Shown here in pieces: positions 1 to 11,323 of a stretch of DNA of 39,842 nt. The notes beneath the pieces were generated by a model, which saw only the letters and a program-made list of their open reading frames with translations, was not told the DNA's origin and made no database searches. A program made the translations under genes and the position numbers. The stretch is from Octopus bimaculoides. Lineage: Eukaryota. The DNA is taken from assembly GCF_001194135.2 (NCBI RefSeq), contig NC_068996.1:38202071-38241912 (forward strand). The letters run 5' to 3'. How positions within the stretch are numbered: position 1 is the stretch's first letter; each line of letters starts with the position of its first letter.

Positions 1-789
1 CCATCAGCGAGGAGATAGGGCTCTTGATCGTAGATTTTAAATATTTGAGAGACAACAATGCATAAATCGTAATTTTTAAAAGAGCAATGAAATCTAGGTG
101 AATAGAATATATACGTAGCATGAATTTAGGAAGCTTAGAAAATGAATAAGTATGAATTTAAGACAAAAACTGAATTCAATTGAATTTCATGGAGAGAAAC
201 AAGATAAATAATAGAGGGCAGACTAAAGCGCGAAAGGTATGAGATGTTTGAGGCCGTAAATAAATAAAAATCTCTATCTTATCTGCCACAAAAACACAAT
301 TGTATAACACTTCTAATTATCAGTAGTACTCAGAGTTTTTTAAAATCGTTGTGATTGTTGGGTTTCACTATCTCCAAGGATATGTCCCGATAAGAGCACA
401 TCCTTAACACAACTGAGACCACATCCCAACAACTGGTCCTTCTCTTCAGAGCCAGAAGATACTTCAGCTTCAACAATTATTGATGTTGTCCATAGGTCAG
501 CTGAATTAGTGTTATTGATGCACATACAGATGTTTTAGACTCCATGTATAGAAAAGTATGATCTAACTATTTGGTGTAAAGACATTCTCAAACATATTCC
601 AGCCTCTCGCCCACAGGTGCATTGTTTCCTCTCTCTGCTTTGTCTACTACTATTATAATGGCTTTATATGGTCAAAATCTAATTATAGAGATATCTCCTT
701 GTTGAGTCTCCCTAGAAAGTCTACACTAGGTGTTTGAATAAGAGATGTAGGTAAATTGTAGAAGCCAAACTTGCTAAAAAACACTGACA

Positions 790-1330
790 TCGGCCACAGC
801 TATGGTTTCACTTGGCTTGATGGGTTTTCTCAAGCACAGCATATCTCCCAATGTTTGAAGGGTACTTCTTATGTGTCAGTTATGCATCCCTAGCATCGGC
901 CATGACTGATTTCACTTGGTTTGAAGGGTCTTCTCATGCACAGCATGTTGCCAAAGGTTTTGCTCACTTGCTATTGTCTCCATACGATTCAACGTTTGAA
1001 GAACATGCTTCACCACCTTGTCCCATGTCTTCCAGCATAGCATATTAGCTTCACTGCCTTGTAGCATGGCTGTTCGCACACAGGCATCATACAGTCTGCC
1101 TTTCACTCTGAGGGAGAAGCCCTTTGTTACCATCAGAGGAACTTTGTTACCATCAGAGGAACTCTCTGAACTTTGCCCAGCTCATTCTTATTCTAGCAGC
1201 TATATTCTCGGAGCATCTACCTCTGCTACTGGCTTGGTTGCCTAGGTAATGGAAGCTTCTCTCCCCTGGCCTTTGATGAAGTCTATTTTTTTGTACATTT
1301 TTAGTGTTAATTGTACCTGCACACCTCCTC
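790..1330 (-). mobile_element. RTE-clade LINE 3' fragment (RT C-terminus), decayed
   Basis: Minus-strand peptides SFHYLGNQ..ARIRMSWAKFREFL and KGFSLRVKGRLYDACVRTAMLQGSE. Same family as 25828-27153. Contains a 20-bp tandem duplication at about 1122-1161. Confidence 0.85.
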
Positions 1331-1343
1331 CCCTTCCCCCTGA

Positions 1344-1457
1344 TTTGCCTTACCATGGGAGACCAATGCATTTCAAACATTTTTTTCCTCCGAATGACAG
1401 AATAAGTTACGATGAAAAAAGTGTTTGAAATGCATTAGTCTCCCATGGTAAGGCAAA
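1344..1457. repeat. Small fold-back/MITE-like inverted repeat
   Basis: 44-bp arms at 1344-1387 and 1414-1457 with 2 mismatches, separated by a 26-bp spacer. Confidence 0.75.
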
Positions 1458-2255
1458 ATGGTGTGTGTGTGTAATAAAAGCAACAGTCTGATGAGAAATA
1501 CCAAGTTGAGTCACAAACAAACTCCGTCTGCTTTAAAACAGTATTGTAGTAAAATGTTGAAGTGGAATTGCAAATGAAAATGGTGATATGATGTAAATAT
1601 CTGGTAACTGTTCTACATGGTCTACTAATTAACAAGAACATTATTATCCTACATCTATTTTCCATGTTGGCATGGGTTGGGCAGTTTGGTACGATTGTCT
1701 GACAAAGACTACCACATTTTTCTCCATTGTCTCAGTTTGGACAGGATGTCCTTCCTAACACCTGCCACTCTTCAGAGTATATGGGTTGCATTTTTCATCT
1801 CATCAGCACTACAAAGTTTATGCTCTCAGCAAGACTGAAGAACCCTCTCAAGATCTGTTGTCACTTACTCAATTTGATTTACTAACCACTTACAGAGAGT
1901 ATTAGGTGCAATTTTTTGTGGAATCAGCACCATAGTTTCTTTATAGCTTGCAAGGAGAGACAGAAATAGCCCCCATGACTGAAAGAGTAGAAATTAGAGT
2001 GTGATGAAAGAAATATACGTATTGTTATGAGAGGATGATAGTAAAGAATAACCGAAAGGACAGTGTTGGAGAGAAATAATAGTGGAGGATGACCTGCCCA
2101 TCACAACAGAACAAAATTGATATAAGGGAAAAATAGAGCAAGTCCTCTACTTATTGTTTAAGATAAATGAATTTAGGATGTGTTGATTGGCTGTAATATA
2201 TGTTAATAGGCTTGTTTTATTTATCACAAGCCGTGTTAATATTACCAAATATGTT

Positions 2256-2420
2256 AAGGTGGGAAGCAGGCAGTCATAAGCATGCTGGGCAAAATGCTCA
2301 GTGGCATTTATGTGTCTTTATGTTCTGAGTTCAAATTCTGCCGAGTTTGACTTTGCCTTTCGTCCTTTTGGGGTCAATAAAATGAATACCAGTTGAGCTC
2401 TGGTAGCACTGGTGTTGATA
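2256..2420 (+). mobile_element. tRNA-derived SINE fragment
   Basis: B-box-like GAGTTCAAATTCTGCC followed by core GACTTTGCCTTTCGTCCTTTTGGGGTC. An inverted copy lies at 37983-38150. Confidence 0.75.
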
Positions 2421-3051
2421 GCCTTTTTCCCCTTCAGAGCTCTGGGTTCATGCTATCTCCACTTAGGCATTCCATCCCTCATGTCACTCATTTTCTCATT
2501 ACCTTTGTTATCCAATCCTGCACCAATCTTTAGTCTGTCTTTCCACCCTAGAATATCAGCCCTTTAAAATTCCCTTCCTACTCCTGCCTTTCCTGCAACT
2601 GTTGATTTAGAACTGTTGAAGAGGAACATTAATGGCAGAGCTGGCAAAGGCTATGGGGGTTACTGCTTCCTCCAGAGTCAAGTAAAAAAAAGAAAAACAA
2701 ATAGATGCTAATTCTAGTAATTATTTTTTGAACCCATTATATCATTAGTGATTGACGCCAAGATATACTGCTGCCTCCTCTAGTTCTTTAGGGTGATATG
2801 AACTCACCACTGTAAACTAAAAGGTTTATTAATGTAGTATGTATCATAATGATGGTTGCCAACATTTAGATCTTGAGATCTTGTGTATTTCTGAAAAAGG
2901 AAAGAAAATTTAGTGAGTAGTTAAATTTTACTCTATAAGATACCAAATGGCAGATTGTTTGACAGAGGCACTGGTGATCAACATTTCAATATCCTAAAGA
3001 CATTAATAACAATAAAATAATTTAATCCTATTTGACTTTAACATCGAATCT

Positions 3052-3300
3052 TCATCATCATCATCATCGTTTAACGTCCGCTTTCCATGCTAGCATGGGT
3101 TGGACGATTTGTCTGAGGACTGGTGAAACCAGATGGCTACACCAGGCTCCAATCTGATTTGGCAGAGTTTCTACAACTGGATGCCCTTCCTAACGCCAAC
3201 CACTCCAAGAGTGTAGTAGGTGCTTTTACGTGCCACCGGTACGAAGGCCAGTCAGGTAGTACTGGCAACGGCCATGCTCAAAATGGTGTATTTTACGTGC
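3052..3300 (-). mobile_element. RTE LINE 3'-tail copy ((GAT)n end)
   Basis: (CAT)n-GTTTAACGTCCGCTTTCCATGCTAGCATGGGTTGG is the reverse complement of the 3' end of the RTE at about 26900-27153. Near-identical to 35503-35806. Confidence 0.85.
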
Positions 3301-3337
3301 TACAGTGTTGCTGACTGAACCTTAAATCTTCTTGCAT

Positions 3338-3393
3338 AAATATAGTATCAGTTATAAACAAACTGAAATATAGTATCAGTTATAAACAAACTG
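3338..3393. repeat. 28-bp perfect tandem duplication
   Basis: AAATATAGTATCAGTTATAAACAAACTG occurs twice in tandem. Confidence 0.9.
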
Positions 3394-3408
3394 CACTAAT
3401 ATGTTAGC

Positions 3409-3715
3409 ATATCATCATCATCTTCAGTTAATGTCCATTTTCTATGCTGGCATGGGTTGGATGGTTTGAGAGGAGCTGGCAAAGCCTGGAGCTGCACCAG
3501 GCACCAGTTTCTGTTTTGGCGTGGTTTCTACAGCTCGATGCCTTTCCTAATGCCAACCACTTTATAGAGTATACTGGTTGCTTTTTATGTGGGAATGACA
3601 TGGATGCTTTACACATAGCAGCAATACAGGTTCTTTCTACATTGTACCAGCACAGGTGCTTCTTGCATAGCATCAGCATGTAAAAAGCACCCTTGCTGGT
3701 GGCACCAGCAAAATG
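3409..3715 (-). mobile_element. Diverged RTE 3'-tail copy
   Basis: (CAT)n followed by TTCTATGCTGGCATGGGTTGG ... GATGCCTTTCCTAATGCCAACCAC. Confidence 0.75.
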
Positions 3716-3929
3716 AAGTCAAATTACATAGTGCACCAAGGATAAAAGACTCCAAAATATGACAGAACCAGTGTGCCTGTCCTTTTTCCATGTTCCCTAG
3801 CTTTTTTTGAAATTCTTTTTAAAGTTTCTAAAATACTAGTCAATACTTTTTAGTGCTTAATTTCTTTTCATATGATGTAGCACTTTTCTAAGATGGTTTA
3901 ATTGTTATGTATTACTTTTTCTATTTTAG

Positions 3930-5200
3930 ATTCGAAAACTCACACTGAAAGTAAAGTTTCTGATTCTAAAAAGGATGTCGTCTATGATAATAATAAATCA
4001 GATTATGATGGGCGCCAAAATTCAGATAATAGAAAGAGTGCTGGTAACCGTAGAAGCAACCTTCCACCTCGATTGTCTGGTAAAGCCAACAACTCTGATT
4101 CAGCACAAAGTAACAGTAATACTAACCATTCTAGTCATGGGCATAGCAGTAATTATACTAGTAATAACTATAGTGCTAATAGTTATTCAGGTGGTCATGG
4201 ATTTAATAACAATGATAATAGTAGCAGCAACAATAGCAACATCCACTCTTTTAATTCTGGGTCAAATTCAGGGTACCCTGCCACCGCTTATTGTCAAGAT
4301 TATAACAACTCCAATCACTATCAGCAGAGATACTGTAATTCAAGCCATGGTAATTATAACAATACTTTGGTGCCTAATAATTCAGCAAATACTAATCATA
4401 ATTATAACCAACGTGGTTATAACAAGTATGAGAACACCAGTAGTGCACTGGTTGGTAGTAGCAACCGTTCTGGAGGACAAGATCAGAATCATGTACTGAA
4501 TAATAATAATAATAACCCATCAACTCATTATAATCATCCTCATCAACAGCAGCGCTATAATAACCATGCCTCAGTTCAAGGAAATACTAACAACCGAGCT
4601 GTTTTCCATCAAGGTTATCACAGTGACCTTAGGCAAGCAGGGATGGTATCTGGTCCCACTCCCCGACAAACAAGAAGCTACTGCCATAATCAAGGTCATA
4701 CACAACAACACACACCATATTTCAATTTAAGCTCAGGACCAACTCAACAGCAGCAGCAGCAGCAGCATCCCTCACAGTCAGCACACTATTCTAATGATGT
4801 AAATGCTAGATATCCACCCTACAACCAGAAGGACGTCCACCAACATCATCAACAACCTCAACATCCTCCTCAACACCACAATGTGAGTGGATCTCTTGGG
4901 GCTGAAAACCCTAATAAAATCATGAACAGGGACTTTCAGCAACAAATGTTTTCACCCGTTGCACATGGTCAAAAGATGTTAGATAATCTGAACATGAGCG
5001 AAATTACTGATGTTGATGCAAGACATGTCATTAGTTATGATGGAAGCAATGGACGAAATAATTATTCATATAATACAGCTAACCGTCCAAAAGGTGGTGG
5101 CATTGGTAGTAGTGGAGGAAATAATTGCCATAAGAAACAAGTTGATATTGATTCTTCAGATTTGAAGCACGAAAGAAAAACCAATCCTTCTCCAAATGTG
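3930..5200 (+). CDS. TDRD3: TDRD3 internal coding exon (N/S/Q/H/Y-rich low-complexity region upstream of the Tudor domain)
   Basis: Acceptor ttttctattttag|A (phase 1), 1271 bp without a stop, donor GTG|gtaagt (phase 0). Splices in frame to the Tudor exons. Upstream exons were not found in the window. Confidence 0.85.
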
Positions 5201-6354
5201 GTAAGTTTTCACATTATATTTTGTTCCTAGTGTCATGTAGTTTGCCATGTTTGAATTATAAATTGTTGTTTTTGTATTAGTTATGAGTTAGTAACTTGCT
5301 GTTCTAGTGCAAATTTATCTTACTCAATGTTATATGTTATAAAACCACATGAATCTGTTAAAGATCAGCATTTGAATTTGGCAGAAGCTTGCTCCTCGTA
5401 TATTTCTAAGAAATATTTCTCAGAAGAGATAAAAACAACTTTGATAGGTAATGAAAAAATGGTAGAATCACTGTAATATGTGGATGTGAAAATAAAAAAA
5501 GCACATTGAAATTTTCAGTAGTTCAAATCTTTTACTCTGTATAGTAACAAAAGAGATATGGATGGGTGTTGTTGACTGGATAATGAATCTAGCTTGCATC
5601 CAAATAAGAAATAAGGTAGTAGTCTTTAGAATGCAATTCAAATTAGAGAAGTCAGTGAATTCACTTGTTCTGAGTTTGAATTTTACTGATAACTACTCAA
5701 TCATATTTAGAGGCTTAGAAACAGATTATTTTTGCTTGTTCAAGTGCAGTTAGTTGAAAACTCCATGTGCCAAATGCTAGTAAGTTCCAGGGAGTCATTG
5801 GGAGAGAATGCACACCATTTCAGGCCTTCTCCACAATTTTATAGTGCACCGGCTCCCACTCACTTATATAAGGCCCTGACTACTAGACCGACTGGCTAGT
5901 GTCTGATCCTAAGTCCATTTTAGGATCATCAGCACCATTCAAATTGTGGAGTCATGCAAGTCTGACTTACATTACAGGCAAACAGGTACATGCTTCACAC
6001 CCACAAATCTATTTGTTCTAATCAATTGCTTTAAAAAGGATTCATGACTTTAGGGTCTAAATCTATTTTCTTAAAGAATTCTGTGTAAAGAATTAATTAA
6101 CTTGCCTTGGACCATCCCTCCTTCTGTGATACAGCATTACTAGGTTTAAAGAGTTCATCTTATATGCTGAAACATTTCATCATAATTATGTAAGAATATT
6201 TTTCTTAAAATGTTTTCCAAGCTTAAAGAATTAAATGAATTATGTGGATAGTTTATTTTACTATGAAGGCAGTGTTGTGCTTGATGAATTAGTTTTACTA
6301 GTAAAATGTTTAAATGAAAATTTCTTATTAACAAAAACACTTTTCTTTTCATAG

Positions 6355-6417
6355 GTTAATATTCATAGTTGGCGAAATGGAGATCATTGCTTAGCAAAAT
6401 ACTGGGAAGATAAAAAG
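6355..6417 (+). CDS. TDRD3: TDRD3 exon, Tudor domain N-half (VNIHSWRNGDHCLAKYWEDKK)
   Basis: Boundaries ttttcatag|GTT ... AAG|gtcagt, phase 0/0. Matches the TDRD3 Tudor pattern W.xGD.C.A.YWED.KFY. Too short to appear in the ORF track. Confidence 0.92.
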
Positions 6418-6855
6418 GTCAGTTTTTGATCAATTGAAAGAAAATCTCATGTTGTTTACTCTGTCATGTATATTTGTTAGTTGTATTGATAATAAGAGTG
6501 TAGAAATAAAGGTTTTTAGTTTGAACTGTGTCAAGTATTATGTGTATATATTCAAGAACAAGACATCTATTGATGTTCAGAGATCAACTTATTGGAGATG
6601 TAGTGTAGATGTAATTATTGAAAGGTGTTTCATTTCTAAAGATGATTGCTATTCCAAAACATCATAATTGCAATAAAAGATAGATAGATGGACAAATGGA
6701 AGGACTTAATTAATTAATACTATAGGAATTCAGAACCAGGAGCACAAATCATTATGGAGAATAGTTAAGGAAGAGTTAAAGTTACACAGAGAATTCAATG
6801 CTAACATTGATGCTGTATATATTATATAAGTTAGCTAAAAGGAATTTTAAAAAAA

Positions 6856-8125
6856 TGTTGTATTGCATTTGTGGGGACAAGAGATCAATAATTCATTTTG
6901 TTTATTAAGACCAGATTCACAACTTAGGATTTCTAATGCTTTCATATAGCATAAATTACGAACCTTACCCATTTTATAAGGAAGTGTGGTACATATAAAT
7001 CAATCATGTAATAGGGTAATTAATGTTGCTATTTTTGAAAGGCCAAATAAATTTATCTAAGGAAGTGTCATGTCATTTTCTTTTATTATTAAAAAGAATG
7101 TACGTGATTATTCCATCTGGATTTTAATTTACATGACACCATGACACCTCTATAATAGTATATTTTATCAGGTGCTTGAACAGAACATTTGCATAATGAA
7201 TTTGCTTTGAGTGCCTACTCATTACTTAAAGGACACCTACAGTTACACATACAATTTTGTTTATTAACTAGTGAAATATTATTAGTTGTATTGGCATTAA
7301 AATTATTATTAGGTGGCGGCCCTGAATCAGTATTATTTATACTGGACACAGATATGTTATTAACAAAGGAAAAAGATCTGCCATCATCATCATCATCGTT
7401 TAACATCCGCTTTCCATGCTAGCATGGGTTGGACGATTTGACTGAGGACTGGTGAAACCGGATGGCAACACCAGGCTCCAATCTGATTTGGCAGGGTTTC
7501 TACAGCTGGATGCCCTTCCTAATGCCAACCACTCAGAGAGTGTAGTGGGTGCTTTTACGTATTACCCGCACGAAGGCCAGTCAGGCGGTACTGGCAACAG
7601 CCACGCTCAAAATGGTGTATTTTATGTGCCACCCACCATTTTGAGCGTGGCCGTTGCCAGTACCGCCTGACTGGCCTTCGTGCGGGTGACACGTAATAAT
7701 TAAAATCACCTGTGCTATTCTTAATATTATTTCATTTCTTCTTGTTGATACTGCTAGATTAGGTGTGGTAAAATATGGTACTTTTACAATGTTTCTATTA
7801 AACATTTTTTGTACTTGCTTGTTGGGGAAAGTGGTTTATAGTAGTTTTCCAACATCCAGAAGAAAATCCTGCGCACATGGGGTGTTCTTTGAAGGCCAAA
7901 GGGTCTGGGGTGGGAGTTAAACTATACAATATTCTACTTGCATATCCCATTTTACCTATTATCATTGTTGGGCTGAGTAGTATTTCTAAATTTAGAGTTA
8001 CTTGTTCTACTACTATCATAGTGTGCAAGTTGATTGCCTTGTAGCTTGGTATGTTTATATTTAACTTTACTCCTCTTAATAGATAAAGTTCATGGTGATT
8101 AGTAATCCAGAACTTTAATCTCACT
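6856..8125 (-). mobile_element. Penelope-like element (PLE) 3' fragment: RT-to-endonuclease linker and GIY-YIG endonuclease, decayed, interrupted by an RTE tail
   Basis: Minus-strand peptides across frameshifts: NHFP..KMFNRNIVKVPY, CNCRCPLSNE, KCSVQAPDKIYYYRG, KSRWNNHVHSF, DTSLDKFIW, NLCYMK..LNKQNELLISCPH. All fit the PLE GIY-YIG consensus. Confidence 0.8.
7381..7696 (-). mobile_element. RTE 3'-tail copy with an internal inversion forming a hairpin
   Basis: (CAT)n tail begins at 7381. Arms at 7564-7617 and 7634-7687 match at 53 of 54 positions. Confidence 0.85.
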
Positions 8126-8131
8126 GCTATT

Positions 8132-8363
8132 TTAACTTGTTAGCATTTAAACTGGTCATATCTGGACCAAATATTCTGTGTGTTTTATGTTCAAACTGAC
8201 CAGATCTAACCTCTCACACCTATCCTACAATGTCATTCTAAAAATATACAAACGCACCATTGAAATCTTGTTGTTACAAAATAATGTATAATTAATTCAA
8301 AACAAAGGGAATAAATAAGTAAGCATTACATTTGACTAAGAAACTTGAATGCTAAAGGGTTAA
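8132..8363. mobile_element. TTAA-flanked MITE (piggyBac-like ends)
   Basis: Left end TTAA-CTTGTTAGCATT and right end AATGCTAAAGGG-TTAA are imperfect inverted termini with TTAA on both sides. Confidence 0.6.
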
Positions 8364-8430
8364 TGATCAAAAATGTTTTAAAAGCAATTTTCAGATGTCT
8401 AACATATTGTTTTTCTTTATCTCTACACAG

Positions 8431-8553
8431 TTTTATCCTGCTGTTATTGATTATGTTGTTCCTGACCTTCCAACCTGTGTAGTCACTTTTCTAGAATATG
8501 GTAATGCGGAAGAAGTTATGCTAGCTGATGTGAAACCAGTTTCTAAGAGCTGG
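8431..8553 (+). CDS. TDRD3: TDRD3 exon, Tudor domain C-half (FYPAVIDYVVPDLPTCVVTFLEYGNAEEVMLADVKPVSKSW)
   Basis: Boundaries tctacacag|TTT ... TGG|gtgagt, phase 0/0. Carries the Tudor F..YGN.EEV motif with aromatic-cage positions retained. Confidence 0.93.
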
Positions 8554-9134
8554 GTGAGTTAGTATAAATACATTTTGAATTTTCTCTTATTTATTTTCTT
8601 CACCATCATTTTATGACCACTTTTGGGTGGATGGCTTATAGTCTATGTCCGTTCTTATCAAGAGTTACTATCCTGCTAGATGGGTGGGAGGACCATGTAG
8701 GGCCTTTTTATTTTATGTGTTTTCTTCTTGTTTGTCAGTTGGTTTAATTTTTTCTTGTATCACGACACTAGCACAATAAGGTTACTTTATACACTATATG
8801 AGTAAAGAATCCTGACCACTACACTCTAAGATGTGTATTCCACTCAAGACAATGTGATCACAACAGTGAATGAGAGAGAGAGAGAGAAATGATAGAATAA
8901 CAAGAATGGATGGGGGTGGGGGACAGAAGAGGAGTGTAATGGTAGAAACAGTGTTTCAGGGAGAAGGCTGAATATAATAAATAGTAATTGAGGTGGACAG
9001 TGGTAAGGGTAAGTAATAGATGACAATAAGTGCCCAAGAGAGAGTGAGTGGAGAGGTGTGTGACAAGCAACTGAGTGTCAACTATATCAATGTAGATTCA
9101 GCATACCTCCATACACACTCACACACATATATGT

Positions 9135-9470
9135 GAAGGTGCATGGCTCAGTGGTTTGAATGTCAGGCTCAAAATCATGAGGTAATGAGTTCAATTCCCA
9201 TATCCGGTTGTGTTCTTGAGCAAGATGCTTTATTTCACCTTGTTCCAGTTCACTCAGCTGAAGAAATGAATTGTGACATCACTGGTGCCAAGCTGTATTG
9301 GCCTTTGCTTTCCCCTTGGATAATATTGGTGTTGTGGAGAGTAGAGGCTGGTATGCATGGGTAACTACTGGTCTTCCATAAACAACCTTGTTTTGGGAGT
9401 TGTACCTAGGGAGGGTAACTTTCTATGTGCAATCTCATGGTCATTCATACCCGAAGGGGGTCTTTACCCT
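9135..9470 (+). mobile_element. tRNA-derived SINE
   Basis: A-box-like TGGCTCAGTGG, B-box-like GAGTTCAATTCCC and core TTCTTGAGCAAGATGCTT. An inverted copy lies at 17292-17604. Confidence 0.8.
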
Positions 9471-9559
9471 GTATGTGTATGTATATATATATATATATAT
9501 ACACACACAAAAGTATAAACAGGCAAATGAATGATATCGGGTTTGATTATGATATTATA

Positions 9560-9870
9560 TTTAAACATGAAGGTTGAGTAGTTTGAAGAATATAGGCCAT
9601 AAGGAAGTAAGGTGTGCAGATAGCTTGTTACAGCTGTTTCAAGAACTGAAGTGCAGATGGTGCATCTTGTGTAATGCAGGTAGTTATTCCATCATCAGGC
9701 AATATCACTGTTATATCTCATTCTTCCTCTGATGATGGCATAGATTACTACTATATGGATAGCTACATTTTGTTTGCAGGGAAATGCACCATCTGCACAT
9801 CTGTTCTTGAAACAGCTGTAAGAGACTTTCTGCATATCTTCTTACTTCTTAATCAGCCCTTATGTTTAAA
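9560..9870. mobile_element. Fold-back MITE with long terminal inverted repeats
   Basis: TTTAAACAT...TTACAGCTGTTTCAAGAAC..GTGCAGATGGTGCAT is mirrored at about 9785-9870. An inner inverted repeat CCATCATCAG/CTGATGATGG is also present. Confidence 0.7.
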
Positions 9871-10058
9871 TTTATAGATGTCATAACCAAACCTGATAGC
9901 AGTTGTTTTGCTTGTTTATACTTTTATTCTGTGGTACACATATCTGCTTAATTGATAAGCTGCCCATAGCCAATTGTCATTAAGTAATTATAACATTCTT
10001 GCTTTTAGTGGCAGTTCAAGTTGGTGTTTTAAGTAGCAAGCCAACCATAAACACTAAG

Positions 10059-10104
10059 TGATGAGATAAAGTAATAAGTATATACTTATTACTTTATCTC
10101 ATCA
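10059..10104. repeat. Perfect 46-bp palindrome
   Basis: TGATGAGATAAAGTAATAAGTA-TA-TACTTATTACTTTATCTCATCA. Confidence 0.95.
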
Positions 10105-10339
10105 GATGGCATGTAAAAGGCACTCATGCCGGTGACATGTAAAAGGCACCAGTACACTCTGTAAAGTGGTTGGGTTTAGGAAGTGTGTCCAACCATACTT
10201 TACTAACTAGATTATCATGAAAATCTTCAATAAATGAATCTTCATTGTAGATATATTTATAAACAAAAAATTGATAGCTTTGGATTCCCTGGCAATTGTT
10301 TTTATCATCAATTTTGAAAAAAATTGCAGCATAGCATCT

Positions 10340-10510
10340 TGGGCAAGTGTCTTCTACTGTATAGCCTCAGGCCAATCAAGGCCTTGTGAGTGGATTTGGT
10401 AGATGGAAACTGAAAGAAGCTCCTCATACATACATTATGTATATATATGTGTGTGTGTGTGTTTATGTGTTTATGTCCTCTTAGCTTAGCAATTCAACAG
10501 ACCAATAGAA
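10340..10510 (+). mobile_element. SINE fragment
   Basis: TTGGGCAAGTGTCTTCTACT...GCCTTGTGAGTGGATTTGGTAGATGGAAACTGAAAGAAG followed by (TA)/(TG) repeats. Same family as 24797-25236. Confidence 0.8.
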
Positions 10511-11123
10511 TATGGGTGGAATCTGAGTAAATTATGGATACATATAATGCAATTGTCATCTTCATTTAACATCTGTGGCCTAAGTGAAAATTCATTTTAT
10601 TCTTGTTTTGTTATGCAATCTATTCATTTGTAACTTAGCCACAATAGCTTTCTAATCACAACTGATTTAAATATCAATCTTTTTCTCCTACTCTGCAATT
10701 TCATTTAATTACTCCAGTTAATTACACATGTCTATTAGTGAGGCTATAGAGTTAAAATGGAATTTAGTGTACTAATAAACATTACTAAAAAAAAGAAATT
10801 ATGACCATTTAAAAAAAAAAAAAAAGCATTAGAAAGATTTTTTATTTAAAGAGAGTTATTTTTCTGTTGTACAATGGTCTTATGCCACAGTTGTATCTGT
10901 CTTTTGACGACAGCTGTCGCTCTTAGAGATATTGTTATATTCCAAAGTCATCGATAGAATGGTTCTATCTGGCACTGTATGACCCCCAGTCATACAGTGT
11001 TATTATCCTCAAAAGCTTGGATTGTTATAACACCCACTCAGTATCACAGTATAGTTACTATATCAGCACAGACACGACTATCAACACAGTCTACACATAC
11101 TCTTGACCTTCTCACCTTCTTCC

Positions 11124-11206
11124 TGTTGACTGGCTACTGGCCTATTTATAATGGCTGGCTACTACCACTTTTTACTGGGAGGAGTGTACAGTTTCACTAT
11201 ACAACA
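11124..11206 (-). repeat. 3' LTR (83 bp)
   Basis: TGTTG...CAACA termini. Abuts the polypurine tract. Confidence 0.85.
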
Positions 11207-11273
11207 TCTCCCCTTTTAATTTTTCTATTTAGCAATCAATTTCTTTTATTCACCCTATCTCCTCCTTTTTTCT

Positions 11274-11323
<50 letters not shown>

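Noticed and set aside
340-700. ORF 340-525 and nearby frames as upstream TDRD3 exons
   Set aside because: Wrong strand or no OB-fold/UBA similarity, and no convincing splice pair.
3123-3314. Recurrent ORF MKPDGYTRLQSDLAEFLQLDALPNANH (also 7452-7670, 35574-35840, 26738-27088)
   Set aside because: It is the antisense translation of the RTE 3' UTR repeat, not a gene family.
3975-4499. 174-aa Ile-rich ORF overlapping the TDRD3 exon
   Set aside because: A shadow frame of AAT/AGT-rich codons with no independent splice or homology support.
7441-7462. CTGAGGA...GAAA in RTE tails (also 3113 and 22241) as hammerheads
   Set aside because: Only 4-5 nt separate the core halves, so there is no helix II, and no helix I partner exists.
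9688-9800. CTGATGA motifs in the fold-back MITE and in the 10059 palindrome as hammerheads
   Set aside because: No correctly placed helix II/GAAA/helix I combination.
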